This document shows positions 50,002 through 60,271 of a DNA stretch of 64,000 nucleotides, one piece after another. The stretch spans positions 49,046-113,045 of IMG/VR virus record IMGVR_UViG_3300037493_003022, one strand, 5' to 3'. The position numbers and the translations under genes are program-made. Origin of the DNA: a virus. The notes beneath the pieces were generated by a model that was given only the letters and a program-made list of their open reading frames with translations, was not told the origin of the DNA and searched no databases. The stretch's first letter is position 1. Each line of letters starts with the position of its first letter.

Positions 50002-51147
50002 TCATTTCTTAGAAACCTTCTCCAAAAGCCCGCCGGCAACTCTCATAATTTCGATCTTTCGCTCGTCGTCGTCAACTTTATTCCCCGCTACCCAGGAGAT
50101 AGCGTTCGACATACGCCACACGGAATTACCCGGAGGAAGAGCAACGACATCGGGTGTGTTGTAGCGATCCTTGACGAGTTCCAGCTCTCCCTTATTGAGA
50201 TGCTTGGAAAGGTCTCCAATCATCTTCTTGGGATCGATCTCGGTCTCGTGAGCCTTCTTAATCACATGGCAGAAGGCATCCACTGCGTCTGGAGAGATTC
50301 CCTGCTCGACGACATCCTTGATCTGAGAGGCTGTCGCCTGCGTGTCGAGGGCGTAGGTTTGCTGACTCCACGTCATGTCCTCCGTGAGCCGCTTTCCCAA
50401 GTGAATTTGTCTGAAGCCGACCTCGGTGATCGCGTAGTTGGTACACCAGAGCCTCATGGCGAAAGCACGGATGGTGTGGGCACCGTTGCCATAGTCGGAG
50501 TTCTCCCACATGACGCCGAAGCACATCACCTCGTTGGGAACCGGCTCGAACACCCTGGGAAGGAGCGCCTTGAGGGCGACTTTCGTTTCGCTCCCGTACC
50601 CTTCGATGGGGACGAGCCCGTACTTCTGGCATTCCCCGGTGAACGACTCCAGCAAGGGGCGAGAGTCGAGGCGTCGGTAGCGATCGGAGAGGAAGCCGCG
50701 GAGTCGACCCTCGTAGGAGCGCGTCAGGAACTTGTCTTTCTCATGCCCGTACAGCTCGTTGAGATTTTTCGCGAGAAGACGATGACCCCATCCAGCTTGT
50801 TCTGGCTCTCGCAGGTACTCGGCGAACTTCATGGGAAAGTTTGCGCGAGAACAGACCTGCTGCATTGCGAACTTCTGGATGGAGAGTGGAGAGAACTCCG
50901 TGTTGTCCTGCATCCCAACAAGGATGTCGTTCGGGGAACCTGTGGGACGCTCGTCGATGTTGCCGTCAAACATAAGACGACTACCTTTGACGAGATGGTC
51001 AGTGGGAACCTCCGTCATAACCCGGTTGATGATGGCAGCGCCCTTGTTCCGGCCGTTTTCGAACTTCTCCTCCATGATGCGACGAGCGTTGTCGGCCGCT
51101 GCGGAAGCAGCTTCGTTGTAGTTCTGTGAACTGTGATGAACGAGCAT
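50002..51147 (-). CDS. DUF932-like protein
   Basis: RGFLSDRYRRLD, NSDYGNGA, RLWCTN, IHLG, SVWRMSNAIS. Confidence 0.7.
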   Translation of the reverse strand: MLVHHSSQNYNEAASAAADNARRIMEEKFENGRNKGAAIINRVMTEVPTDHLVKGSRLMFDGNIDERPTGSPNDILVGMQDNTEFSPLSIQKFAMQQVCSRANFPMKFAEYLREPEQAGWGHRLLAKNLNELYGHEKDKFLTRSYEGRLRGFLSDRYRRLDSRPLLESFTGECQKYGLVPIEGYGSETKVALKALLPRVFEPVPNEVMCFGVMWENSDYGNGAHTIRAFAMRLWCTNYAITEVGFRQIHLGKRLTEDMTWSQQTYALDTQATASQIKDVVEQGISPDAVDAFCHVIKKAHETEIDPKKMIGDLSKHLNKGELELVKDRYNTPDVVALPPGNSVWRMSNAISWVAGNKVDDDERKIEIMRVAGGLLEKVSKK

Positions 51148-51233
51148 TGGTATCTCCTATGTTTGCCGACAACTCGTCCCCAACCCATTTGGGAAGTAAG
51201 CGTCAGCTATTCTTTTTTTCGGGAATCTACGAA

Positions 51234-52328
51234 CTAGGCTTTGACGAAGAATCCTTCCATCGCTTCCTCAGCGACGGAATAGGTGACCTTGGCACGTTTG
51301 CCAGTCCCCTGAGCCTTTTCAACAGCGAGCTCCCTGGCGTGAGCGCCTACAGCTTGAGTCAGCCAGTTGCGGAAAACAGGAGACTCGATGTTCAAAGAGA
51401 ACTTCGATTTCTCATTTCCGAGACCTTCCACGACGGAGATGATCTCCTCGGAAGCTTTCTCATTCATGTCGATGTCGTCGGGAACGAGGTCCGCGAGGGA
51501 AGAATAGAGATTGGTGATCTCTGTGAGGTCAGCCGGGTCGAGCTTGCGATAGTCGACAGCCTTCAGGCGATCGATTTTCTCGGCGTCGTACCCAAGACCC
51601 GCTCCTATAACCACGGTGCTCTTCGTGATGACACGGACAAGCTCCGTAATGCTCGCGGGATCGACTTCCTTGGGCTCTTTGGGAGCCTTCTCAGTCTCCT
51701 CGATCTTCTTTTGGAGCTTCTCCAGCTCCTTGTTGACGAGAGTCTCCAGCTTCTTCGAAGACAGCTCCTCGGCGATCTCGAGGAACTTTCCCTGCTTCTC
51801 GCGGGGGAGACGATCGATCTCCATCGCTGCGGAGATAGTGATGCGACCGTCGTGGACGGCTTCCCGGACGATGTCCTGGAGCTTCAGAAGAGCGAACCGC
51901 TTCTCGATGCGGCGAATCTTCACGCCAAGGGCAACAGCAATGTCCTGGGTGGACATCTGGTGATCCTGCTGGAGACGAGCGTAGGCGTTGGCTTCGTCGA
52001 TGGGGTTGAGGTCTTCCCGTTGCACGTTCTCAGTGATGTTGACCAGCAGCATCTGCTTCTTGGTAACGTCACGGCGCTTGACGACGATCACCGGAACAGT
52101 TGCCAACCCTGCGATTTTTGCGGCCTCAAGACGCCGGAAACCTGCGTAGATTTCGACGCCATCTTCAGGGTTCTCCTTGCTCTTGCCGAGGAGGGGCTCC
52201 TTGATGCCGATAGCCTTGACGCTCTCGACGAGTTCTTCCAGATCACCGAGTCCCTTCTGACGGGTATTGAACTCCGCGTCAGCAATGACTTTCTCGATCG
52301 GAAGATACATCAATTCTCCATTTGCCAT
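51234..52328 (-). CDS. ParB/Spo0J-family protein
   Basis: LVESVKAIGIKEPL, AGFRRLEAAK, ENVQREDLNPIDEA, then HTH. Confidence 0.9.
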   Translation of the reverse strand: MANGELMYLPIEKVIADAEFNTRQKGLGDLEELVESVKAIGIKEPLLGKSKENPEDGVEIYAGFRRLEAAKIAGLATVPVIVVKRRDVTKKQMLLVNITENVQREDLNPIDEANAYARLQQDHQMSTQDIAVALGVKIRRIEKRFALLKLQDIVREAVHDGRITISAAMEIDRLPREKQGKFLEIAEELSSKKLETLVNKELEKLQKKIEETEKAPKEPKEVDPASITELVRVITKSTVVIGAGLGYDAEKIDRLKAVDYRKLDPADLTEITNLYSSLADLVPDDIDMNEKASEEIISVVEGLGNEKSKFSLNIESPVFRNWLTQAVGAHARELAVEKAQGTGKRAKVTYSVAEEAMEGFFVKA

Positions 52329-52330
52329 GT

Positions 52331-53368
52331 TTACTCCTTTAGTTGAGTGCAGGTTTCGGCACTCTTGTCAGATCGTAGTCTAACGAATTGGGGATGCCTG
52401 ATAGCTCCCTTTTCAGTCAGACCATTTCCTGAAACTTCTACCACGATACCTAGTAGTTTGTCTTTGTTCATCGTGAACCATGCGCGAGATCCTTCTGGTT
52501 GAACAGAAGAATAGGGTTCGATCCAACTACCTGATCGATTAGGTTGACCCGGTGCTCCGTGGTCAGTTACCCATTCTACGTTTCCATCAACCATACCCGA
52601 ACATTTGCCAACTTTAGTTAGTTTTCCGTTTTTGTAAATACCGAAATTGACTGCCCCTACCATATTTCGGAATTTACCTCTGGGTTTCCCATCCTTAAAT
52701 CCCATGACAACTACATCATAGGTAGCTGCCTTCTTCTTTTTAGTCCAGGCTTTCCCATAGTGTGCAGAGGGATCTTTAAGAATCAGCCCCTCGCCACCGT
52801 CTTTAAGTATCTCATCGTACCAATTTTGAATTTCATCCTTATTCGAGGTCAGCTTAAAGGGATTAAACTTAATGAACGGAGAATCAAGATCCTCAACGAC
52901 TTCGTGAAGCATCTTCTTTCGGCTATACAGAGACATCCCCCGAACATCCCGGCCATTGACAAAGAGAATATCGAACGCTCTAAAAGCAGCGAATCCGAAT
53001 TCCCTCTGCCAAGCGATAGCTTGGTTGGGAAGAGCGCCCGTTACCGATTGCACAGCTTCAAAAGGATGACCCGGAACAATCAACTCCCCGTCGAGAATGG
53101 TAAAATTTAACTGCCTAACTCGCATAGTTTCGGCCGCTGCGGTCATGATCTGAGGGACGTTCAACCCGTTCTCTGCATACTTTCCAGTCTTCTTGGAAAT
53201 TCGCCTGGAAGTGAGATACGGCCTCTCGAACTGACAGTGCATGTGAAGGAGGGCTCTATGACCGTCGAGCTTCTCCTCTGCCATGACAATAAGCGAAGAT
53301 TCAACTTTTGTAGGGTCGGGACAACGACCATCACAAGCACCTGGTTCGATTTCAAGACGCTCGAACAT
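52331..53368 (-). CDS. ATP-dependent DNA ligase
   Basis: EEKLDGHR, LDGEL, FDIL, EGLILKD, RHPQFVRLRSDK; start MFER after GGAGGAG. Confidence 0.93.
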   Translation of the reverse strand: MFERLEIEPGACDGRCPDPTKVESSLIVMAEEKLDGHRALLHMHCQFERPYLTSRRISKKTGKYAENGLNVPQIMTAAAETMRVRQLNFTILDGELIVPGHPFEAVQSVTGALPNQAIAWQREFGFAAFRAFDILFVNGRDVRGMSLYSRKKMLHEVVEDLDSPFIKFNPFKLTSNKDEIQNWYDEILKDGGEGLILKDPSAHYGKAWTKKKKAATYDVVVMGFKDGKPRGKFRNMVGAVNFGIYKNGKLTKVGKCSGMVDGNVEWVTDHGAPGQPNRSGSWIEPYSSVQPEGSRAWFTMNKDKLLGIVVEVSGNGLTEKGAIRHPQFVRLRSDKSAETCTQLKE

Positions 53369-53381
53369 GACTCCTCCTAAT

Positions 53382-53999
53382 TCAGATTTTGACGCCGAAT
53401 TGTTCGGCTTCTTTGATGGTGAGCGGGCGGGTCCAGTTGACTCTCCCGAAGATGGCTTCGATTCGTTCGCGGACGTGGGTCGCAACCCAACAGGGCCTTC
53501 CTTCGACATCTTTCAGCGGGGGGTCTTCCTTGGGATTGATTCCGAGCTTCTCGGCATCCTGCTTTTCGAGAACTGGGATGAGAAGCAGCTCGCCGAATTC
53601 GGAGTGGGCAACATCGACACCTTCAGGCATTCCCACGTTCTTGGCTTTGATGTCCCACTTGGGACTGACCCACGTTGCGAGGAAGATACGCTGTCCAATC
53701 AGGCACTCGCCGTTTTCGAGCTTCCTGGGAAGGATCTCTGAGTTGTATTTCCATTGGACAAAGGAAGCGAGCGCTTTCCTACCTGCGAGTTTCATGCTTC
53801 GTTCGCGAGATTCCTTCTTTTCCAATCTCTTTTGGTCGTCATACCACCCGAGAGGCTTTCCAGGAACCGCTTTTGTTTTTTCCAGTCCCAGGCTAAACCC
53901 GAGACCTTCTCCCATCATGTTCGGTCGTGTTTCTCTTTTTGCACCTTGCAGGGGGTCGGTGTTCCAGTTGGGGCCACGCGGTTTCGAATCATTGGGCAT
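53382..53999 (-). CDS. Hypothetical protein
   Basis: AAGGAG SD at MPND; in-frame leaderless ATG at 54047. Confidence 0.6.
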   Translation of the reverse strand: MPNDSKPRGPNWNTDPLQGAKRETRPNMMGEGLGFSLGLEKTKAVPGKPLGWYDDQKRLEKKESRERSMKLAGRKALASFVQWKYNSEILPRKLENGECLIGQRIFLATWVSPKWDIKAKNVGMPEGVDVAHSEFGELLLIPVLEKQDAEKLGINPKEDPPLKDVEGRPCWVATHVRERIEAIFGRVNWTRPLTIKEAEQFGVKI

Positions 54000-54044
54000 G
54001 GTGTTTGCTCCTTGTTTGTTCGAATTGAGGCAGGGTGTTTTGTG

Positions 54045-54069
54045 CATAGGAAGATTATAGCAAGAGACA
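54045..54069 (-). promoter_or_regulatory. Repeated promoter element (-10 / 6 nt / ATG class)
   Basis: tgc-TATAAT-cttcct-ATGCACAAAACACC. Confidence 0.65.
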
Positions 54070-54086
54070 AGGGCAGCTTGAAGAGA

Positions 54087-54434
54087 TTAGATAAGTCCGC
54101 GTGATTTTAACTCTATCTTTATGAGTTTTTTATCCTCGATGGGAGTATCTTTGCTCTCAAATTTTTCAACAACCTCCAAGGTATCAAGGAGGCGCGCAGT
54201 TATTAACTTGTAGCCATCCTCTCCGAGGGGGGATAGTCCCAACCAAAACTCACCTAACAGTTGCCTAGGGCTTATCTTCCATTCTTTTTCCTTTATCAAA
54301 GCCTTAAAAGCTTGGAGCAAGAGAAGGATTATGGAATCGCAACCTTCATTAGCTTCTTCCTCTGTTGAGAAAGGAACGCAAATGTGACCCAAAGCTCTGG
54401 CTACAATTGTTCTAGGATCGTCTGAGTCGATCAT
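54087..54434 (-). CDS. Hypothetical protein
   Basis: GAGG SD, 115 aa. Confidence 0.55.
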   Translation of the reverse strand: MIDSDDPRTIVARALGHICVPFSTEEEANEGCDSIILLLLQAFKALIKEKEWKISPRQLLGEFWLGLSPLGEDGYKLITARLLDTLEVVEKFESKDTPIEDKKLIKIELKSRGLI

Positions 54435-54457
54435 GAGGAACCTCTTTGGAAGGAAAA

Positions 54458-54847
54458 CTACTCGTTGATGAGATTGTTAAAAACTTCGAGGGGAACAGCA
54501 ACCCACTCCTTGGGGATAGGATCAGGAATGCCGTACATGGAGATTACTAATGCGGGGTCTTTACCTGTGGTAGACGCCTCTCGATAAATCTTTCCAAGGA
54601 CATCTGGAGTGACATTGAAGCGGTCCTTCTCTGTCTCCTTGCATTCGAAAACAAAGTCCTTGGTGACTCCATCTCCCTTGCGGGAAGGCCACGCTTGGTT
54701 TCCAGATCCAGGAGTTAGCTTGAACCCGAGTTTCTGTGAAAGACGTTTCTCGTTTCGCAACGATTTGGTCTTCACGTCCTCTGGTTCCTGCTCATCCCAC
54801 ATCTTCGGAGTCGGTTTCCTCGGAGGAAGGTTCTTTGGAGCTTTCAT
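54458..54847 (-). CDS. PD-(D/E)XK nuclease, Hjc/resolvase-like
   Basis: E...PGSG...KGD...FECK. Confidence 0.7.
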   Translation of the reverse strand: MKAPKNLPPRKPTPKMWDEQEPEDVKTKSLRNEKRLSQKLGFKLTPGSGNQAWPSRKGDGVTKDFVFECKETEKDRFNVTPDVLGKIYREASTTGKDPALVISMYGIPDPIPKEWVAVPLEVFNNLINE

Positions 54848-57287
54848 TCGGTCTTTCCAGTCCCTCTTCTTGCCACATGAGTTCTCGAGAACGAACCCTA
54901 TCCATGAGGTCCTTCATGAGAACAGGATTCTGGCTGAGGAGGATTCCTGCCTTCTCGTCACCTTGAACCTTGGACCCATCAGGCATGGTCAGCCACCCGG
55001 CTCCTGCTCTCTGGATGATTCCCCAGTAGGAAGCAGCTCGAATGACTTGGACAGCAGTATCCGTGTCACCGACTCGATGAGCGCCTCTCTGAGCGACAAA
55101 GTAGAGGGCGAATTGGCCACCTTCAGTGACAGGGTAGGTCTTGTTCTTCTTAACGACGAACTCGACCTGCACTCCAATTGGACGACCCGAACCCTTGTCT
55201 ACGATCTCCTCGGACTTCTTGAGACGCAGCTCGACGGATTGGTAGAAGTCGGGAGCCTTCCCACCGGGAGAAGTCACTGTAGGGTGGTAACCTCCTAGGG
55301 CCAATCGAAGCTGATTGACCATAAAGATCGTACACCTCGTCTCCGAGAGAAGTCCGAATGAGTTTAGACCGGAGGTCCATTTGCGGAACGCCTTTCCTAG
55401 CAGGCGTGCCATCACGCCTACCTGCCATTTCTCCGCGCTTTCTTCCACCTCAATACCCGGAGTAAGGGCTGCAATCGAATCCACAATGAGAAGATCACAC
55501 TCCCTACTACGGATACATTGGTCAGCGACATCTATTGCTTGCTCCGCGTACTCTGTTTGGATGACAAGAAGGTCTTCTACACAGACGCCCCACTTAGCAA
55601 CCCAGGTAGGATCGAATGAGTTATGAATTATCAACCCTTCGGATAGAAAATTCTGCTCATCGAAATCGATTTCTTCTAAAGACACATCGAAGGTTCGGTG
55701 CTTCTCAGGAAGCTCGGTGACTGATAAAATCTCCAGCTTAATGTAATTTTTGTAATACTCCCTCCGATCGCTGGATTTAATGGAGGCCACAGCTTTTTCA
55801 AGCCTCTCACGTTTGTACGAATAAATAGGAAATGAAGATAAAAATGACTCTATATCTTCGAGTCCTTGGATACTCACTTTCCAATTAATACAATAGCCAT
55901 CTTTTTCCGATGGGCTTAGCGAAGAGTAAATTCCAAACTGCAAAAGAGCAGACTGGATATCCAGAGCTAACAACCTGCTGGTGGTAGAAAAGTGTGCGGA
56001 AGCTCTTTTCTGGTACGCGGGGTCTACGCTGCTACCATCAGCCATAAAAATTCCTGCTAGAACTTGAGATAGCTGACTACGAGACAGACCCTTTGGCAAC
56101 CTCCGATCAACCGAAAACTTACCAAAACATTCGAATTGCTCAAGCCACAGGTGAACTTTGTTTTTTCTACCCTTGAAAAACTTTGGATCTGCTGAGAAAT
56201 TCTTTGGGGGTCTCTCTAGTTTGAGCCGAGAAGCTCTGCTTCTTCTCTCGAAGGACGAACAGATTGAAAACTTCTCTAAATAGTCTACGATCGTATCTCT
56301 CCCGCAGCCAACTAAATCTGCAATCTCAGATACGTATAAGTTGGAATTCCAAAGCCCAAGCAAAGAGTCTCTATCTAAATTATACTCCTCTCTCGTAGAG
56401 ACTATATTTACGTTGGCGCTACTTACATTAACTCTGCAATCAAGAGGTGATACAATAGCCTCAATGTCCTCAATTATGCAGGTGTCTATGTTAGAGATGG
56501 ACGCCTTATCGTGCAAACCATCTCCAATATGGAGACCTAACAACCGATACAGAGAATTGGATTCCCCTGGGATTGATAGCTCTATCTTCTTAGGAGTGTA
56601 TACAATATCCCCTGGAACCAACTCACTAACCTCAGAATACCCGCAGGAAGTAAGAACCTTATGATTCCCAGTAAGCTTTATCGATCTTCCTCCTCTTGTC
56701 TGAACTTCATAAACGGAACGGACGCCTGAGTCTGATACGATAGCGTTAGTTTCTTTGAAGTTACCTTCTTTATCGAAAGATAGGGTCTTAAAAGAAACTC
56801 CCAAAGGTAGAGTGTCTACCGGAACGTATCTACCTTCTGAAGACTCATATACTAAAGTCCCTTCCGCTAGGCAGTGCTCGGCATCGAGAACGACGACTCT
56901 CATTGGAGAGCGTTTTCCACACTTACAGTCGATGTCAGTAACTTCTCCGGTAAGGTCATCGACAATCTCAAAAGCTTTCCCGCAGAAACGACAGTGCCTC
57001 TGTGCGTTTGCAGCAGTCTTGTAAGTAATTCCCGACTTACCCGTGGAGAAATCACCTTTGACAATCGTGATTCGACCACGAGGAATGCCTCCTCCGATCT
57101 TCATGTCGAGGTCAAAGATGCCCGTGGGAATTCGGTCAACGACTAACGAGATAGCTTCTGAAGCTGGAAGAATAGTTCCGGGACCATAATTCGCGTTGAT
57201 GGATGCAAGAAGACTCTTCAGGTCGCCCCTCTTGGGCTGACCCTTTTTCTCGGGCTTCTCAGAGTCTTCTTTTTTCTGACGTGCCAT
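54792..57287 (-). CDS. recA: RecA recombinase with intein (about 413 aa after splicing)
   Basis: TGIFDLD..GGGIPRGRI, GDFSTGKS, DAEH, IVDSIAAL, NQLR, PGGKA. Confidence 0.93.
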   Translation of the reverse strand: MARQKKEDSEKPEKKGQPKRGDLKSLLASINANYGPGTILPASEAISLVVDRIPTGIFDLDMKIGGGIPRGRITIVKGDFSTGKSGITYKTAANAQRHCRFCGKAFEIVDDLTGEVTDIDCKCGKRSPMRVVVLDAEHCLAEGTLVYESSEGRYVPVDTLPLGVSFKTLSFDKEGNFKETNAIVSDSGVRSVYEVQTRGGRSIKLTGNHKVLTSCGYSEVSELVPGDIVYTPKKIELSIPGESNSLYRLLGLHIGDGLHDKASISNIDTCIIEDIEAIVSPLDCRVNVSSANVNIVSTREEYNLDRDSLLGLWNSNLYVSEIADLVGCGRDTIVDYLEKFSICSSFERRSRASRLKLERPPKNFSADPKFFKGRKNKVHLWLEQFECFGKFSVDRRLPKGLSRSQLSQVLAGIFMADGSSVDPAYQKRASAHFSTTSRLLALDIQSALLQFGIYSSLSPSEKDGYCINWKVSIQGLEDIESFLSSFPIYSYKRERLEKAVASIKSSDRREYYKNYIKLEILSVTELPEKHRTFDVSLEEIDFDEQNFLSEGLIIHNSFDPTWVAKWGVCVEDLLVIQTEYAEQAIDVADQCIRSRECDLLIVDSIAALTPGIEVEESAEKWQVGVMARLLGKAFRKWTSGLNSFGLLSETRCTIFMVNQLRLALGGYHPTVTSPGGKAPDFYQSVELRLKKSEEIVDKGSGRPIGVQVEFVVKKNKTYPVTEGGQFALYFVAQRGAHRVGDTDTAVQVIRAASYWGIIQRAGAGWLTMPDGSKVQGDEKAGILLSQNPVLMKDLMDRVRSRELMWQEEGLERPNESSKEPSSEETDSEDVG
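55620..56873 (-). mobile_element. Intein (418 aa) with LAGLIDADG endonuclease in RecA
   Basis: DAEH|CLAEGT...TGNHKVL...GLIIHN|S; LLGLHIGDG and LAGIFMADGS. Confidence 0.92.
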
Positions 57288-57670
57288 CAGCGACCTAAAG
57301 TCCTTCTGCGAGAAGCGATCAACTTCTCTTCGTACCCATCTTTGTCAGGGTCTTCCTTACCCTTGACGATCCTCTGCTGGCGAGACACCTCGTCCTCCGC
57401 GAGCTTCTGGGCGACAGACAGAGCTTCGGGAATCTCTTCGACGTAGCAGGGAAGAGTCACAGAGACATCACACTTGACGCTCTCGTAGTTCCCCATGTTG
57501 ATAGTGAGACCAAAAGATGCGCGAACATAAGCAGGCTCGACTTGAAAAGTCATAACCTCAAGTTGGTTGGATTCGTTCTCTTCTGGCTTCGAAGGTTTCC
57601 CCAGCTTTGTGAATTGGCGACTTACAAACATCTTTGCCTCCACTGTTTCAGTCTTCTGTGATTTTGACAT
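57287..57670 (-). CDS. Hypothetical protein
   Basis: GLTINMGNYES motif; translationally coupled to recA. Confidence 0.65.
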   Translation of the reverse strand: MSKSQKTETVEAKMFVSRQFTKLGKPSKPEENESNQLEVMTFQVEPAYVRASFGLTINMGNYESVKCDVSVTLPCYVEEIPEALSVAQKLAEDEVSRQQRIVKGKEDPDKDGYEEKLIASRRRTLGR

Positions 57671-58262
57671 ATCCTGGTCCTTCCAGTTCTTCTACCCCGT
57701 ATGGATAGTTGGCCCACAATTGAAAAGTCTTCTTAAAGAACTTTGTTCTTGATAACTTAAATCTGGCAACCTGCTGACCATAACTATGCTCAACGCTAGC
57801 GTAGTATTTCGCCATCTCGCGAACCTGGAAAGCAGTATACAGTCTCCAACCTCTAAGGTCACGATACATGGCCTTTGGAAGAGCGCCCGTTTTCTCCCAC
57901 ATAAAGATAGTTTGAGCCTTCCTGTCAAGGCGCATAGCTAACTGCCCGGTGGTATACATCTCTGTTTCGATCTCTCGCCCATCGGGAAGACAGACCTTAA
58001 ACAGAGTTGGAGTTTCGTATCGAAGATTCTGTTCTTTTAATCGAGCACGCTTCTCTTGAGATTGCTTCTTTTTAGCTTCTCTTGCACGTCGAAGAACTTC
58101 TTCTCGATACTCGGGATCTTCAAGATAGCGCTTCTTTCGCGCTTCTATGATGGCAGTTTTATTCTTCTCGTAATAAGTCGAATTGTGCTTCGACCTATTT
58201 TTCTTGCGCTCTTCCTCTTCCTCTTTAGGAATAGGTTCGCCGAGTTTTCTGAGTTCCGCCAT
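57648..58262 (-). CDS. MerR-like HTH DNA-binding protein
   Basis: YTTGQLA..LDRK..TI..WEK.G.LP...GWRLYT. Confidence 0.7.
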   Translation of the reverse strand: MAELRKLGEPIPKEEEEERKKNRSKHNSTYYEKNKTAIIEARKKRYLEDPEYREEVLRRAREAKKKQSQEKRARLKEQNLRYETPTLFKVCLPDGREIETEMYTTGQLAMRLDRKAQTIFMWEKTGALPKAMYRDLRGWRLYTAFQVREMAKYYASVEHSYGQQVARFKLSRTKFFKKTFQLWANYPYGVEELEGPGYVKITED

Positions 58263-58263
58263 G

Positions 58264-58785
58264 TTACTTGCTCTTGAGTGTCTTGGGGATGAGGGCGATA
58301 ACTTCGGAAGGCTTCTTAACAATGAGAGCAAAGGTCGGAGCACCTATGCTGGAACAGGCTTTGATCTCCGCAGGGGAGATCTCGCCAAGCGCAACGAGCG
58401 CCTCGACCTTGGCTTCATCGACAACCTTGGTCATGATCTTCTCGATGTCGAAGTTGCGCTCAACGAGCAACCCTTTGAGAATTTTCACGTCGAGAGACGT
58501 TTTCCCGGACTTCTTCTGCTGCGTGATGGTGCCATCCGACATGGGCGGCTGATACTCGAAGTGACCCTTGGGGGTCAAGGAACCCTTCGATTCCGCGAGT
58601 TCCATGAGATACTTGCGGAGCTGATCCTTGCGAGCACCAACAACCTCCTTGTCGATGAGGTCAAGGACAGACCAGGCTGCGAGAACCTCCTCGTCAGACA
58701 TGTCCTCCGGGGGAGTCTTCAACAGCTTCTCTGACTTCAGAAGATTGGCAGTTTCACGAAGGATCAGCTTTTCGTTTTGTGTCAT
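58264..58785 (-). CDS. Hypothetical protein
   Basis: AAGGAG SD, biased codons; promoter TTCCAT-17-TATTCT upstream. Confidence 0.65.
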   Translation of the reverse strand: MTQNEKLILRETANLLKSEKLLKTPPEDMSDEEVLAAWSVLDLIDKEVVGARKDQLRKYLMELAESKGSLTPKGHFEYQPPMSDGTITQQKKSGKTSLDVKILKGLLVERNFDIEKIMTKVVDEAKVEALVALGEISPAEIKACSSIGAPTFALIVKKPSEVIALIPKTLKSK

Positions 58786-58870
58786 GGCGATGACTCCTTT
58801 TGTTTTGGTTGTTTGTGTTTTAACAGAGTACAGAATAGCAAAAATCCTAATTAAATGGAAGAGAAATTAT

Positions 58871-60271
58871 TTATCCGTGAACAGTATACCTTAATTTTTT
58901 ATACTGTCGGCGACGGAATTCCATCCCACCTTCAAAGGGATTCGATAAGTCAACGTCGTACAGATCTTCTGCCCCCTCTTTAAGAAGAACCAGCTCCATT
59001 TTTTCATCGAAGAAGTCTAAAACGACAGGGGCACCCTTTCCCTCAAAGATACGAAGAATTCTTCCAACCGTCTGTTGAATCGAATTCTGAGGGGTAGCCA
59101 TGATAAGAGTATCCAAATCAGGGATATTCAAACCTTCGCTGGCCATCTGGTAGGTGGAAAGAATGATCGACTTCTGTGCGGCTATATCGAGTTTCGCTTG
59201 TTTTGTGCCTCCCACATAGAAACCAACTTCGTCCGCTCCCATTCCTTCCGTTGCGAGGCGTTGTGAAAAATAATCAAGCTGCGCGCGCCTCTCCGATATG
59301 ACCAGAACTTTACGGCCTGCGTTATACGCCCGAATAATGTAACGAAGAACAGCTTCATTTCTACCTACATGACTAGCTAGGGCAGTTACGAGAACTGCTC
59401 GTTGAGCTTTCTTATCCAGCCAGGGTTTGTACCAAACTTTTTGAGGAATCTTAACGTCGGTCTTGATAACGTAAACGTCTGGGGTGAGCGTGCTAGCCTC
59501 CAGAACAGGCCCACTGGAGGAAATGTGCTTCGTGATTACTTTCCAGAGTCCGTCTTGTCTACTCGGGGTTGCTGTGAGGCCGAGTCGATATCTCGCTGGA
59601 AATCGGGTGATGGCCTTTTGCCAGAGGGCGGCTCCGTAGCGATGAACTTCATCGCAAATGATAAGACCAAAAGAATCATAGAAAGAATCTCCATAGTCAC
59701 GGCGACTGTTAACCACAGACTGAGTAACAGCAATGACAATATCATGCGTGCGACCCGTGTCAACAACATCTCTTTGCATCCTTCCTACTGTTATCCAGGG
59801 AGCAAGCATCCGAAAGGCTTCTTCCCATTGTTTGGCCAAGAATTCCTTATGCACAAGTATGCAGGTGGATACGCCTATTTTGAGTGCTATCTCTGCACCC
59901 ATCACAGTCTTCCCGGTTCCGCAAGCTGCGATAAGGAGACTCCCTCCTTCGCTATGGATAGTCTGTAAAGTATCTCTGATAGCTATGTCTTGACCATCTC
60001 TAGCTTTGAATAACGAGTTCTCTGTATGGTCAAGATGCCTGCCATCCGAAGTCATGTCATAAACAGTGTCTCCAATAAACGAAGTAGCGTAGCAACGAGG
60101 AATACAGACTTCTCCAAACTCCTCGTTGTATTCGTAAATCTCAAAAGTCTCTCCGTCCTTCTCTAGTTTCAATTCGTCGAGAATTTCAGGAAGCTTAGGA
60201 TGGTTTTCAGGTACGCGAAGAAACCCATCCATATCGATTCGAGTTCGTTTACTTGGCAGTTGATCTGACAT
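58871..60271 (-). CDS. Superfamily 2 DNA helicase (UvsW/SSL2-like)
   Basis: ACGTGKT, DEVH, LTAT, EGLNIP, QTVGRILR. Confidence 0.92.
   Translation of the reverse strand: MSDQLPSKRTRIDMDGFLRVPENHPKLPEILDELKLEKDGETFEIYEYNEEFGEVCIPRCYATSFIGDTVYDMTSDGRHLDHTENSLFKARDGQDIAIRDTLQTIHSEGGSLLIAACGTGKTVMGAEIALKIGVSTCILVHKEFLAKQWEEAFRMLAPWITVGRMQRDVVDTGRTHDIVIAVTQSVVNSRRDYGDSFYDSFGLIICDEVHRYGAALWQKAITRFPARYRLGLTATPSRQDGLWKVITKHISSSGPVLEASTLTPDVYVIKTDVKIPQKVWYKPWLDKKAQRAVLVTALASHVGRNEAVLRYIIRAYNAGRKVLVISERRAQLDYFSQRLATEGMGADEVGFYVGGTKQAKLDIAAQKSIILSTYQMASEGLNIPDLDTLIMATPQNSIQQTVGRILRIFEGKGAPVVLDFFDEKMELVLLKEGAEDLYDVDLSNPFEGGMEFRRRQYKKLRYTVHG

Noticed and set aside
49960-52346. Two long plus-strand ORFs (389 and 406 aa)
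   Set aside because: Antisense shadows of the codon-biased DUF932-like and ParB genes; no motifs or SDs.
53389-55298. Plus-strand ORFs of 223 and 229 aa
   Set aside because: Antisense to well-supported minus-strand genes, with no motifs.
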